This document shows positions 30,374 to 39,486 of a stretch of DNA of 64,000 nucleotides, one piece after another. Under the pieces are notes generated by a model, which worked only from the letters and a program-made list of their open reading frames with translations, ran no database searches and was not told the DNA's origin. The position numbers and the translations under genes are program-made. The stretch is taken from NCBI GenBank assembly GCA_027459745.1, contig DAIDHL010000005.1, positions 646 through 64,645 on the forward strand, written 5' to 3'. The stretch's first letter is position 1, and each line of letters starts with the position of its first letter. The DNA comes from Candidatus Levyibacteriota bacterium (GTDB taxonomy: Bacteria > Patescibacteriota > Microgenomatia > Levybacterales > UBA12049).

Positions 30374-31960
30374 CTAGCATCCGACATTTAATTTTTGTCC
30401 AGGATAAATAAGAGAAGATTTTAAATCATTTTTTTGCATAATGTTTTTGGAAAATATCCCCTCCCCTAAGTTATTATTTGCAATTTCCCATAAACTATCT
30501 CCAGGTTGAACTGTATAGGTTAGACATGCAGTTAATTTCCCTTTATTAGTAAAAACACCCAAAACATTCTTTGATATCGAAGAATTTATATTTGAACTGA
30601 ATGGAAAAACATTAACTGAAACGACTTGCGACCAATTCCCCGGCATGCACCCATTTTGTCCTCTTACTTTGAAATACCATGTCCCGGCAAAAAGATCATT
30701 AATAGTATATGCAATAACTCCACTTATCTCTGGATTATTCAATGTTGTCCCAAATCCAATTGCAGAACTATCTAATCCATAACTTATATAATACCTTGTA
30801 TTTCCACTCAGTATTGGTACAAAATATAATGTTGCAGTAGTACCGGTTGAATTTACTTGAAATAAATTAGGTGCAATTGGTACAGTTCCTCCACAACCCG
30901 ATGGACTTGACGAATTAGACGAAGTATTTGATGATGACGATGGCAAAGTGGTGGGGGTTGGATTAGTTGCTTGCCATTGAAAAACGGGATAGACTGTCCC
31001 ATTATTTGAATTACTCCAGATCGTGTTAAAGTCCCAGTTATTCATGGGTGGATTTGTTACTGTATAAAAATAAGAAAGCGTCGTCTCAGATGTACATTGG
31101 TAATCTCCCGTCTGATAACAGTTGCTTGGGGAACCGGTTGTTTTATACCAGTAATCAGCTGTAGGGTTTCCACCTGATATCCCAACCAGCCCTCCTCTAT
31201 TTGTTACGCTTTGATCTACACTTCCAGTACTAAAACTATAAGAAATTGATCCACCGTTTTCCACATATCCAACTAGGCCTCCTATCGTACTGCCACCCGT
31301 TATATTTCCAGTTGCATATGAATTTGAAATATCAGCCGTACCACCATCATCAACACCTACCAAACCTCCTTCATCTCCAGAACCAGTTGACTGAACATTT
31401 CCCGTGGCATAAGAATCACTCACTGTTCCAAAATTATAGCCTACAATCCCCCCACCATTGGGATGAAGCCCTCCGTCGGTTCCGTAAATATCTACATTAG
31501 AGTATGATTTGGTTATCGACCCTTCACTTACTGCTGCTATTCCACCCATATTACCAACAGAACTACCTCCAGTGACACTGCCGCTTACATAGCCTACTTT
31601 TGTTACGACACCACTGCTTCCGATATAGCCAAATATACCTACATACAATTGGTTCTTATTTATAGTCAAATTCGTAATTTTGTATTCATTCCCATCGTAA
31701 GTACCAGTAAACTTGCTAGAACTAGATCCAATGGGGGTAAAATCATACCCTGTACAATCAATATCATTTTGTTGTTGATAATAAGAACTCAAGCTGTTGG
31801 CAACTTCTTGCAATTGTGCACATGTGGTCACTTGATACGGACTACTACTTGTGCCACTACCTGATCCGGAAAACGCAAAAGCTGAGGTCGTTGTAAAAAG
31901 AGAAAATAGGGAAATACTAATCGTACATAAGAAAATATTTAGCGGTTTATTTATGTTCAT
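30374..31960 (-). CDS. Secreted Gly/Ser-rich surface protein with C-terminal LysM peptidoglycan-binding domain
   Basis: 528 aa. Signal peptide 'MNINKPLNIFLCTISISLFSLFTTTSAFA', repeated glycine-rich 'GG(I/L)VG...G' beta-strand motifs, and C-terminal LysM 'YTVQPGDSLWEIANNNLGEG...YPGQKLNV'. Confidence 0.7.
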   Translation of the reverse strand: MNINKPLNIFLCTISISLFSLFTTTSAFAFSGSGSGTSSSPYQVTTCAQLQEVANSLSSYYQQQNDIDCTGYDFTPIGSSSSKFTGTYDGNEYKITNLTINKNQLYVGIFGYIGSSGVVTKVGYVSGSVTGGSSVGNMGGIAAVSEGSITKSYSNVDIYGTDGGLHPNGGGIVGYNFGTVSDSYATGNVQSTGSGDEGGLVGVDDGGTADISNSYATGNITGGSTIGGLVGYVENGGSISYSFSTGSVDQSVTNRGGLVGISGGNPTADYWYKTTGSPSNCYQTGDYQCTSETTLSYFYTVTNPPMNNWDFNTIWSNSNNGTVYPVFQWQATNPTPTTLPSSSSNTSSNSSSPSGCGGTVPIAPNLFQVNSTGTTATLYFVPILSGNTRYYISYGLDSSAIGFGTTLNNPEISGVIAYTINDLFAGTWYFKVRGQNGCMPGNWSQVVSVNVFPFSSNINSSISKNVLGVFTNKGKLTACLTYTVQPGDSLWEIANNNLGEGIFSKNIMQKNDLKSSLIYPGQKLNVGC

Positions 31961-32400
31961 AATTTTAATATATTAACTATTTATAAAAAAAACAATACAT
32001 GTATATATAAAATTTACTTGCGTGTGTATCTGTTTAAATTTAGAATCTGATTTAAATAACCAAATCATCAAGGCTGGTATATATTTAGGAAAACTAGTTG
32101 TCAATAATGAAAATGAAAAAAACTTAACCCCCAATTAAGGCTGTTATTCTTAGGACATCATCAGCTACTTATGAATTAAGTAGCTTGGAGATAGTACAAA
32201 AATAATATTAACACAGCTGTACAAGAGAGAAGACTCAGAATAAAATTGACAAATGTTTCTTGAAGAACTAAAAAAATCCATGAAAGTAGAATTTAACTAA
32301 GTAAAATTTCCTACATAGTACAACTATGCCAGCACAAATATTTAACCTCGCTTGAGCATGTCAAACCACAAACCTGGATTCTAAATATGGAATTAGTGAT

Positions 32401-32970
32401 CTAAAAATTTATATTTAATAACTTTTCAACCATTAAACTTAAGGCTACAAAAGCGAGTACAATACCTGAAATCAATTCTGCTTTATCTGTTAAGTTCTTA
32501 CTGATTCTATTTCCAATCGTTGTACCAAGATAAGTAAAAATAAAAGCTTGAGCAGCAATCAGAAGGACAGAAAGAGCAATTGGCAACCCTAATACACCAA
32601 TACTAAACCCAACTGCTAATTCATCTACACTTACGGTTATAGAGGTCAGTAAAAGACCTCTCCAGTTAGTAACTAATAATTTTCCTTCACTCTTTTGAAA
32701 AGATTCTGCAATAACCCAACCACCTATGATAAATAGTACTAATATTCCAAACCATGAAGCTATGTCGCCAACTAAATTTATGAACAAACTGCCTAACAAA
32801 TAACCGACAAGTGGCATACCGCCCTCAAAAAGCGCAAAACTACCACCTACTTTCACTCTCTCACTTTTTTTCATCCCTGATAAACCAAGTCCCACAGCAA
32901 CAGCAAAGGAATCTATACCTAGCGAAATTATTAGTGCAGCTAATTTTAGCTCAGTAATTAACGCGTGCAT
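32401..32970 (-). CDS. mntP: Manganese efflux pump MntP (DUF204 tandem repeat family)
   Basis: 189 aa. Two internal repeats 'SLGIDSFAVAVGLGLSG' and 'SVDELAVGFSIGVLG' matching the MntP 'SMDAFAASIG / SLDAMAVGVG' signature. 6 TM. Confidence 0.8.
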   Translation of the reverse strand: MHALITELKLAALIISLGIDSFAVAVGLGLSGMKKSERVKVGGSFALFEGGMPLVGYLLGSLFINLVGDIASWFGILVLFIIGGWVIAESFQKSEGKLLVTNWRGLLLTSITVSVDELAVGFSIGVLGLPIALSVLLIAAQAFIFTYLGTTIGNRISKNLTDKAELISGIVLAFVALSLMVEKLLNINF

Positions 32971-33027
32971 TCATATATTATAGATTATGTCTTCCGACCT
33001 GGAATATTTAAGTGTTAAAATACGCGT

Positions 33028-33609
33028 ATGGATAAGAAAAAACTAACACACATGGGATTATGGTTGGAATATACAACATTGGTATGGAACATCATAGGTT
33101 GTTGGATTGTCTTAATATCTGCTTTTGCTGCCAAATCAGTTGCCTTAGCCGGCTTTGGCATTGACAGCCTTATTGAGATATTCGCTTCTATCATTGTCGT
33201 CTGGCAATTAAAATCTATTAACAAAGATAAAGAAGAATTTGCAGAACGGATTATTGGCATAGCGTTTTTACTCTTGGCGTTATATATCGGCATCCAATCT
33301 TTGGTTGTGTTATATACCAAATTTCATCCGCATAACTCTATTTCTGGCATTATCTGGCTGGTCCTAACAGCTATAAGTATGTTTGCGTTAGCATATGGCA
33401 AAGGAAAAATAGGCAAAATGTTAAACAATCCAGTATTAAAAAAAGAGTCTAAAGTTACTGTGATTGATGGATTACTTGCAGTGGCAGTATTGCTTGGTAT
33501 TAGTCTAAACGCATTACTTGGCTGGTGGTGGGCCGATCCGTTAGCCGGGTTGTTCATCGTCTATTATGGACTTAAAGAAGGTATGCAGGCAATAAAAGGA
33601 AATATGTAA
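33028..33609 (+). CDS. Cation diffusion facilitator (CDF)-like transporter, transmembrane domain only (no cytoplasmic C-terminal domain)
   Basis: 193 aa. TM2 'SVALAGFGIDSLIEIFASIIVVW' resembles YiiP 'ALVDSLVD'. TM5/6 'WWWADPLAGLFIVYYGL' resembles CDF 'W.W.DP...L'. Divergent from mntP across a 57-bp intergenic region. Confidence 0.5.
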   Translation: MDKKKLTHMGLWLEYTTLVWNIIGCWIVLISAFAAKSVALAGFGIDSLIEIFASIIVVWQLKSINKDKEEFAERIIGIAFLLLALYIGIQSLVVLYTKFHPHNSISGIIWLVLTAISMFALAYGKGKIGKMLNNPVLKKESKVTVIDGLLAVAVLLGISLNALLGWWWADPLAGLFIVYYGLKEGMQAIKGNM

Positions 33610-33625
33610 TTATAAAAATTTTCTT

Positions 33626-34090
33626 TTGTCTTCGTTTCAACTGTATATTTGTTATATTCTAATTATGCAAAAAGGAACCTATAAAAGCTTTAGCCTTTTG
33701 TTTATCATCGTCATCCTAAACTATATGGCCCAAATCCCTTATGACATCCATTTATATGCGGGTAGATTTAATCCTATCGGCGCTGTAATGTTGGTTGGTA
33801 CTCTTCTATGGTTTTTGATAGGATTTAATTTAGTTTTAAAACAGAGCAGAATGGGATACTGGCTCTTATTCTCCTTCCTCGTGGTGCAATTTCTATTTTA
33901 TTTCCACGGGCAAATTATTTTAATGCTGTGGGGTTACGGTCTTTTTTATCATTTACTACGCTTCAACGATATGATTCTCTGGTGGGTATTTTTTATCGGT
34001 GATGTAAATTTTTTTACGGCTGCATTTTACATTTATTATCTGTGGAAAAAAAGAAAATCATTAATCAAAAACCATATTAACAAATCTTGA
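33626..34090 (+). CDS. Hypothetical integral membrane protein
   Basis: 154 aa ORF with about 4 hydrophobic helices. Likely start at 'MQKGTYKSF'. Confidence 0.4.
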   Translation: MSSFQLYICYILIMQKGTYKSFSLLFIIVILNYMAQIPYDIHLYAGRFNPIGAVMLVGTLLWFLIGFNLVLKQSRMGYWLLFSFLVVQFLFYFHGQIILMLWGYGLFYHLLRFNDMILWWVFFIGDVNFFTAAFYIYYLWKKRKSLIKNHINKS

Positions 34091-34442
34091 GTCTATAACC
34101 TAGTGGGACTAAATTTACCAGCTTCTTTACAATTCTATCTCCGACCTTAAATTGATCCCAAATTTCTTTACCCACAACTACAGATTTTTCAGTTCCTTCC
34201 TCTGTTTTTACAACCAACGTATACACGATATATGAACCGTCTTTGACTCCTTCCTGTCCTTCTTCATTTTTTCGGGCAATAATTCCCTGATATGCCTGCT
34301 TTTTGGTATTTGCAATAACTAACCACACCACAACCACGCAAAGAACTAAAGTTCCGACAATTGTTGCAATGACTGCTATCATACCCGTAGACATAAAAAA
34401 GATTTTATCGCAAAACGAGCATAAATTTTCCCTCATTAACAT
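34077..34442 (-). CDS. Hypothetical single-pass membrane protein
   Basis: 121 aa. N-terminal TM 'GMIAVIATIVGTLVLCVVVVWLVIA' plus a soluble C-terminal domain. Confidence 0.4.
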   Translation of the reverse strand: MLMRENLCSFCDKIFFMSTGMIAVIATIVGTLVLCVVVVWLVIANTKKQAYQGIIARKNEEGQEGVKDGSYIVYTLVVKTEEGTEKSVVVGKEIWDQFKVGDRIVKKLVNLVPLGYRLKIC

Positions 34443-34636
34443 CTCCTAACCCAAACTTTGTAAATATAACTGCAAACATGTTTTGTATTTAGAAATTTAA
34501 ACATTACAAATATTTTATAAGACGCTATTGTTAATACTGAATATTGCAATACCCGAGCCTATACGATAGAATGCAAAAAGTAAAAAACAAAACTATATCA
34601 AAGAAAAGAATTATAAACTTAATATAACCTACATCT

Positions 34637-36958
34637 TTGGAAAGAGGGGCAAAACTAGTGAAAATTCACAAAAAACAGCATGCAAATGTTAAAAAACGGC
34701 AGTGGGGCACAGAAGAAAACATAACCTCACTCCCAATTTTACATGACAAACCATCATTACTAAAAATCGCACTGAGTAGAGTAGCTATTGTACTTACTGT
34801 GGTCTTTTGGTTGATGTATATCGTTTCCACAATCTTAAGACAATTTTTAGATGGTTCAGGCAATTATGAATTTACTATGGAAGCCTTCAGTTACGCCCTA
34901 ATTGTAACTTTTCTCACATTTTCCGCCCTGATGTATTTGATTGCCCGTCAAGGAGCCTTTCAGCGATTCAGCAAGCATGTGCGTGTACCCCGTTCTATAC
35001 TTGATAAGCACTTTACGACAAATCAACCAACAATTACCGTCTTAATCCCCTCTTATGCAGAAGAACTTGCAGTGATTAGAAAAACTATCCTCTCGGCTAT
35101 GTTACAAGAGTATCCACATATTCGCATAGTGCTACTTATGGATGACAATCCATACCCAAAAGATGCCGTAAATTTAAAACGAGTTAATCAAACTCGTGAG
35201 CTTATTAAAGATTTACAAATATTGCTGGACAAGCCATATAAACACGTCTCACATGCATTAGCCACATTTGAAAAGTTTAAAGCTAAAAATAAGATAATTT
35301 CTTTAAGTAATATTAAGGATTTAGCTAACGAATACGAATGGGCAGCCAACTGGTTAAATAAGTTTGCCGATGAAGAGTTAATTGAAGATCATGTTGATAA
35401 ATTTTTCACTGAACAAGTACTGCGGGAATTGGCGAAAGATCTACAATTAGTTTCTCATGCACTTCAATTGTCCCTCAAAGACCAAGCAAAACTTTCATCT
35501 GAGCGTATACATCAGCTTTATCGCAGATTAGTATGGATCTTTGGTGCTGAACTGAAGATTTTCGAACGTAAAAAATATGCTTCTTTATCTCATGAAGCAA
35601 ATAAGGCTATGAATCTTAATGCTTATATCGGATTAATGGGTAAAACGTACCAGTGCGAAGAAACAGTAGATGGCACGATCCTCATACCGACTGAGCAGAA
35701 AAACCCTAATAATATTATAGTTCCGGATAGCGATTTTATACTTACACTTGATGCTGATTCTATACTGCTTCGCGACTATTGTTTACGTCTGGTATATTTT
35801 TTACAACAACCTGACAATGCCCATGTAGCTGTAACCCAAACTCCCTATTCTTCTTTCAGGGGAGCATACTCACGTATTGAAAGATTGTCAGGGGCAACCA
35901 CTGATTTACAACATATTCTGCATCAGGGCATGAGTCAATATGGAGCAACTTTTTGGGTAGGAGCAAACGCTGTCATCAGAAAACGTGCACTGGAAGATAT
36001 TGCTATCCGGGAATGGGTAGGGGGTTTTGAAGTGAAACGCTTTATTCAAGATCGTACCGTCATAGAAGATACAGAATCGAGTATTGACCTGGCAAGTCAT
36101 GGTTGGACACTAGTTAATTATCCAGAAAGATTGAGTTATAGCGCGACACCACCTGATTTTGGTGCACTAGTTGTTCAGCGTCGACGGTGGGCCAATGGAG
36201 GATTATTAATTCTTCCCAAACTTTGGTCACAACTCACCGTGCGCAAAAATCGTAATGAGATTATTTCACGCACTGAAATAATGCTAAGAATAAACTATAT
36301 GGCCTCTATATGTTGGGCAAGCTTTGGACTAATCTTTCTACTTGCATTTCCTTATGACGGTCGCTTACTTAGTCCCTTAGTGTTGTTAGCTGCACTTCCC
36401 TACTTTATCGCCATGGCTTATGATTTAAAATATTGCGGATATAACTATAGCGATGTGATTAGAATTTATGGTTTTAATCTTATTCTCCTACCAGTAAATT
36501 TGGCCGGGGTGTTAAAATCGATTGAACAAGCCTTAACAGGCAAAAAAATTCCCTTCGCACGCACACCCAAGGTAAAAAATAGAACCTCAGTCCCTTTGCT
36601 CTATCTGGTTGTTCCTTTATTTATTGTCGCATTTTCTCTTTTTACACTCTGGCGAAATATAGAAAGCGCGAATATAGGTAATGCCCTGTTTGCAGGCTTT
36701 AATGCAATAGTGGCTACCTGGGCGATAGTGGCATATATAGGTATTATTAATTTATTGGCAGATTTATGGAGAGGTTTAACCAGTTGGTTATATGTGGAAC
36801 ACAAGTCCAAGACCCTAATCCCGCCCCCTACCCAAACTTCAGGAGTAGACTGGAAGGTTGTGCTTTATCATGGCGAAGACAAAGGTACAGTGCCTCATAC
36901 ATTTCTAAGAGAAATTGCAGACGAATCTAATTACCCTAAAGGAGGCTTTATTCGATGA
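34637..36958 (+). CDS. Processive family-2 beta-glycosyltransferase (cellulose/chitin-synthase superfamily) with N- and C-terminal membrane domains
   Basis: 773 aa. N-terminal TM helices, DxD 'LTLDADSIL', 'VIEDTESSIDLASHGWTLVNY' (TED/EDR-like motif) and 'QRRRWANGG' (QxxRW, identical to the chitin-synthase QRRRW signature). About 6 C-terminal TM helices. No obvious PilZ domain. Likely real start is GTG 34658 with RBS 'AGAGGGG' upstream. Confidence 0.8.
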   Translation: MERGAKLVKIHKKQHANVKKRQWGTEENITSLPILHDKPSLLKIALSRVAIVLTVVFWLMYIVSTILRQFLDGSGNYEFTMEAFSYALIVTFLTFSALMYLIARQGAFQRFSKHVRVPRSILDKHFTTNQPTITVLIPSYAEELAVIRKTILSAMLQEYPHIRIVLLMDDNPYPKDAVNLKRVNQTRELIKDLQILLDKPYKHVSHALATFEKFKAKNKIISLSNIKDLANEYEWAANWLNKFADEELIEDHVDKFFTEQVLRELAKDLQLVSHALQLSLKDQAKLSSERIHQLYRRLVWIFGAELKIFERKKYASLSHEANKAMNLNAYIGLMGKTYQCEETVDGTILIPTEQKNPNNIIVPDSDFILTLDADSILLRDYCLRLVYFLQQPDNAHVAVTQTPYSSFRGAYSRIERLSGATTDLQHILHQGMSQYGATFWVGANAVIRKRALEDIAIREWVGGFEVKRFIQDRTVIEDTESSIDLASHGWTLVNYPERLSYSATPPDFGALVVQRRRWANGGLLILPKLWSQLTVRKNRNEIISRTEIMLRINYMASICWASFGLIFLLAFPYDGRLLSPLVLLAALPYFIAMAYDLKYCGYNYSDVIRIYGFNLILLPVNLAGVLKSIEQALTGKKIPFARTPKVKNRTSVPLLYLVVPLFIVAFSLFTLWRNIESANIGNALFAGFNAIVATWAIVAYIGIINLLADLWRGLTSWLYVEHKSKTLIPPPTQTSGVDWKVVLYHGEDKGTVPHTFLREIADESNYPKGGFIR

Positions 36959-38535
36959 GTAGTACACAAAGAAAATTATCCTGGTGGAGAGTGTGCTTGA
37001 TGCTATTTATGTTGTCAGCAATCACGGCAGGGGGGATATTTATGTGGATAGAATGGAAACAAGCTAAAGCTGTAGTAAAACCACAGGCATGGTTTGCCCC
37101 TTATGTGGATGTGACCGCAACTCCTTTATTTTCCTTTGAACAAATGGGCAGCTCATCAACTCCAAATGTAGTTTTAGCATTTATAGTCGCTTCATCTTCT
37201 AATCCATGTATACCAACATGGGGAAATGCTTATACACTAAATCAGGCTAGCATAGCATTGGATCTGGACAGAAGAATTGCCCGTTTGAGACAACAAGGCG
37301 GCAATGTAGCTATCTCCTTTGGTGGACAAGCCAATAATGAATTATCCTTCAGTTGCACTGATACCAAGCAATTATTCAATGCTTACCAAGCAGTTATTCA
37401 ACGCTACAAAATCGACACCATCGACCTGGATATCGAAGGAAGTGATCTAAGCAACATAGCAGCCTTAGATCGTCGTGCAGAAGTTATTGCTAAACTACAA
37501 AAAAGTATACGCTCCCAAAAGAAAAATCTAGCTGTCTGGTTAACTTTACCGGTATCCCCGCAAGGATTAACTCTAGACGGAGCTAATGTGGTGGACAAAT
37601 TTTTAGCTGCAGGTGTAGATATCGCTGGAGTAAATGCTATGACTATGGATTATGGCAATAGCAGAAGTCCCCACCAAACTATGGCTCAAGCTTCTGAGCA
37701 AGCCTTGGTGGAAACACATCGTCAGCTTGGTATTTTATATAAACAAGCTAAAATAAATCTTAACAGTACCACCTTATGGAGCAAAATTGGCGCCACGGTT
37801 ATGATTGGGCAAAACGATATTATAAATGACATTTTTACACTTGATGATGCGCAAAAGCTAAATTCTTTTGCACGTTCGGAGGGAATGAGTAGAATATCAA
37901 TGTGGTCAGCCAACCGGGATATTCAATGCGGAGTAAATTATGTGGATACACAAATTGTTTCTGATTCATGTAGTGGAGTGAAACAAAATAAACAACAATT
38001 TGCTAGCTTACTTAGTTATAAGTTAACTGGTGATTTCACTCATAATTCTCAGGTCATAACTATTCAAGATGCCGGAGCCAATGTGCAAAAACCTGATGAC
38101 CCTGGTAAAAGTCCTTATCAAATTTGGAACTCAACTTCCGTCTATCTACAAGGAACTAAAGTTGTCTGGCATAGGAATGTTTATCAAGCCAAATGGTGGA
38201 CGCAAGGTGATTTACCGGACAATCCGGTTTTAGAATCTTGGCAAACTCCCTGGCAACTTATTGGCCCTGTCTTACCTGGGGAAAAACCAATTCCTCAACC
38301 TACCTTACCCCCAGGTACATATCCTACCTGGTCTGGTACACAAATATATGATGTGGGAATGAGAGTGCTTTTTAACGGTGTTCCTTATCAGGCAAAATGG
38401 TGGAACCAAGGAGATAGTCCTGCCGCTTCAAGTGCCAATCAAGACAGCTCACCTTGGTTAGCATTGACTCAAAGTCAAGTTAACACTCTGATTCAAACTA
38501 TCAATGCTACTAAATCAGCCACCGTTAAGAAATAG
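36955..38535 (+). CDS. Membrane-anchored GH18-like glycoside hydrolase (chitinase-like) with two C-terminal CBM5/12 (ChtBD3) chitin-binding domains
   Basis: 526 aa. N-terminal TM anchor. 'ISFGGQ' and 'KIDTIDLDIEGSD' (DxxDxDxE GH18 catalytic motif with one substitution). Two repeats 'Y..G..V...NVYQAKWWTQGDLP' and 'VPYQAKWWNQGDSP' match CBM5/12. 4-bp ATGA overlap with the synthase. Confidence 0.75.
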   Translation: MSSTQRKLSWWRVCLMLFMLSAITAGGIFMWIEWKQAKAVVKPQAWFAPYVDVTATPLFSFEQMGSSSTPNVVLAFIVASSSNPCIPTWGNAYTLNQASIALDLDRRIARLRQQGGNVAISFGGQANNELSFSCTDTKQLFNAYQAVIQRYKIDTIDLDIEGSDLSNIAALDRRAEVIAKLQKSIRSQKKNLAVWLTLPVSPQGLTLDGANVVDKFLAAGVDIAGVNAMTMDYGNSRSPHQTMAQASEQALVETHRQLGILYKQAKINLNSTTLWSKIGATVMIGQNDIINDIFTLDDAQKLNSFARSEGMSRISMWSANRDIQCGVNYVDTQIVSDSCSGVKQNKQQFASLLSYKLTGDFTHNSQVITIQDAGANVQKPDDPGKSPYQIWNSTSVYLQGTKVVWHRNVYQAKWWTQGDLPDNPVLESWQTPWQLIGPVLPGEKPIPQPTLPPGTYPTWSGTQIYDVGMRVLFNGVPYQAKWWNQGDSPAASSANQDSSPWLALTQSQVNTLIQTINATKSATVKK

Positions 38536-38541
38536 AGGCTA

Positions 38542-38724
38542 TTACTTCATCAACCACAAAAATTTAACCAAGATGGCCATTAATATAAATCCATTTAAAA
38601 ATAATGAGATCAGTATCAATCCCAAACCCAAACCAATTGGCGAATTCCAACTATGCCAAGAATAATCACTTATAGCTTGCATAGCTGCGATGTGTCCTAA
38701 ATGTTTACTTTCGATTTTATCCAT
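38542..38724 (-). CDS. Small hypothetical membrane protein (60 aa)
   Basis: ORF with one hydrophobic helix. No other support. Confidence 0.25.
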   Translation of the reverse strand: MDKIESKHLGHIAAMQAISDYSWHSWNSPIGLGLGLILISLFLNGFILMAILVKFLWLMK

Positions 38725-38769
38725 AATTTATATTTCACCCCCTATCCATAAACTCTGAATTCTCTAATC

Positions 38770-39279
38770 TTATATGTCCAGATATTCAACCGGAGTTTCA
38801 TATTGCTTTGCATATTCTAAAATCGAGGAGTACAACTCTTGAGGAATTTTACCTTTTAACTCTTCAGGAGATTTACCTACCAACAATTCACTTTTTTGGG
38901 AGTTAACTAGATAATCCCCACTTTCTTTCCATTCCTTTTTATTTGTAAGCAAACTTGCTTTGCAAATAGTTCCCAACCATACAGCCCAATTTTCTTTTTG
39001 TGTACGATAGATATTAGCTTTTAAAAACCAAATTTTATCATCGCTAAACCCACTCCATTTACCGATACGAGAACCAATAAAACGCTGTTCACGTTCAGCT
39101 CCGTCTACGCCAACCTTGAGACCAATTTCCTCCATGTCTTTTTGTTTATCCTCCTGACGGGCAATGAATTCACGCAGAGCACGCACAATAACTGAGGAAA
39201 GAGCCTCACCGGCTATAGTTTTAGCCTGCTCGAAGAGTGACTCATCCTTTTCACTTACATAAATAGTCTTATTTGCCAT
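38770..39279 (-). CDS. EXLDI-family protein with ribbon-helix-helix-like N-terminus
   Basis: 169 aa. N-terminus 'KTIYVSEKDESLFEQAKTIAGEALSSVIVRALREFIAR' has an RHH (beta-strand plus two helices) pattern. C-terminus ends '...PVEYLDI', matching the EXLDI motif that names that family. Preceded by a consensus promoter and palindrome. Confidence 0.5.
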   Translation of the reverse strand: MANKTIYVSEKDESLFEQAKTIAGEALSSVIVRALREFIARQEDKQKDMEEIGLKVGVDGAEREQRFIGSRIGKWSGFSDDKIWFLKANIYRTQKENWAVWLGTICKASLLTNKKEWKESGDYLVNSQKSELLVGKSPEELKGKIPQELYSSILEYAKQYETPVEYLDI

Positions 39280-39315
39280 ATACGTATATTATACATATAT
39301 GTATAATGTTGTCAA
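39280..39315 (-). promoter_or_regulatory. Consensus sigma70 promoter (TTGACA-N16-TATAAT) overlapping an 18-bp perfect palindrome; TATAAT ends 8 nt before the ATG (leaderless or short leader)
   Basis: Minus strand reads 'TTGACA acattatacatatatg TATAAT atacgtat ATG'. Palindrome 'TTATACATATATGTATAA' (39289-39306) spans the spacer and -10. Confidence 0.6.
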
Positions 39316-39486
39316 GATATTAATAAGACAAGAGTAATAGCTTCGTCTTGAGTATGTCTTGCTAAAAGAGTGTAATAAATCGTATAAATACGATTGCCAC
39401 ATAACAACTCTTTTTTTCGCCTTATCTAAAAGCAGTGGCAAACACTATGGTAATCTAATTAGTCTGAGTGATTAAATATGAGAGCA

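Noticed and set aside
31961-32400. 440-bp AT-rich intergenic region with hairpin AGCTACTT-ATGAATT-AAGTAGCT (about 32163-32190); considered ncRNA or terminator
   Set aside because: The hairpin is not followed by a U-run on either strand. No recognisable RNase P, tmRNA, SRP or 6S features. Probably a promoter region for the LysM gene plus a 3' UTR of mntP. Kept only as a note.
32971-33027. Looked for a yybP-ykoY Mn riboswitch upstream of mntP
   Set aside because: Only 57 bp separate mntP from the divergent CDF gene. This is too short for the riboswitch, and no conserved riboswitch helices were recognised.
33015-33557. Minus-strand ORFs 33015..33320 and 33324..33557
   Set aside because: Antisense to the CDF-like transporter gene, whose product has coherent TM helices and family motifs. 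No independent signals.
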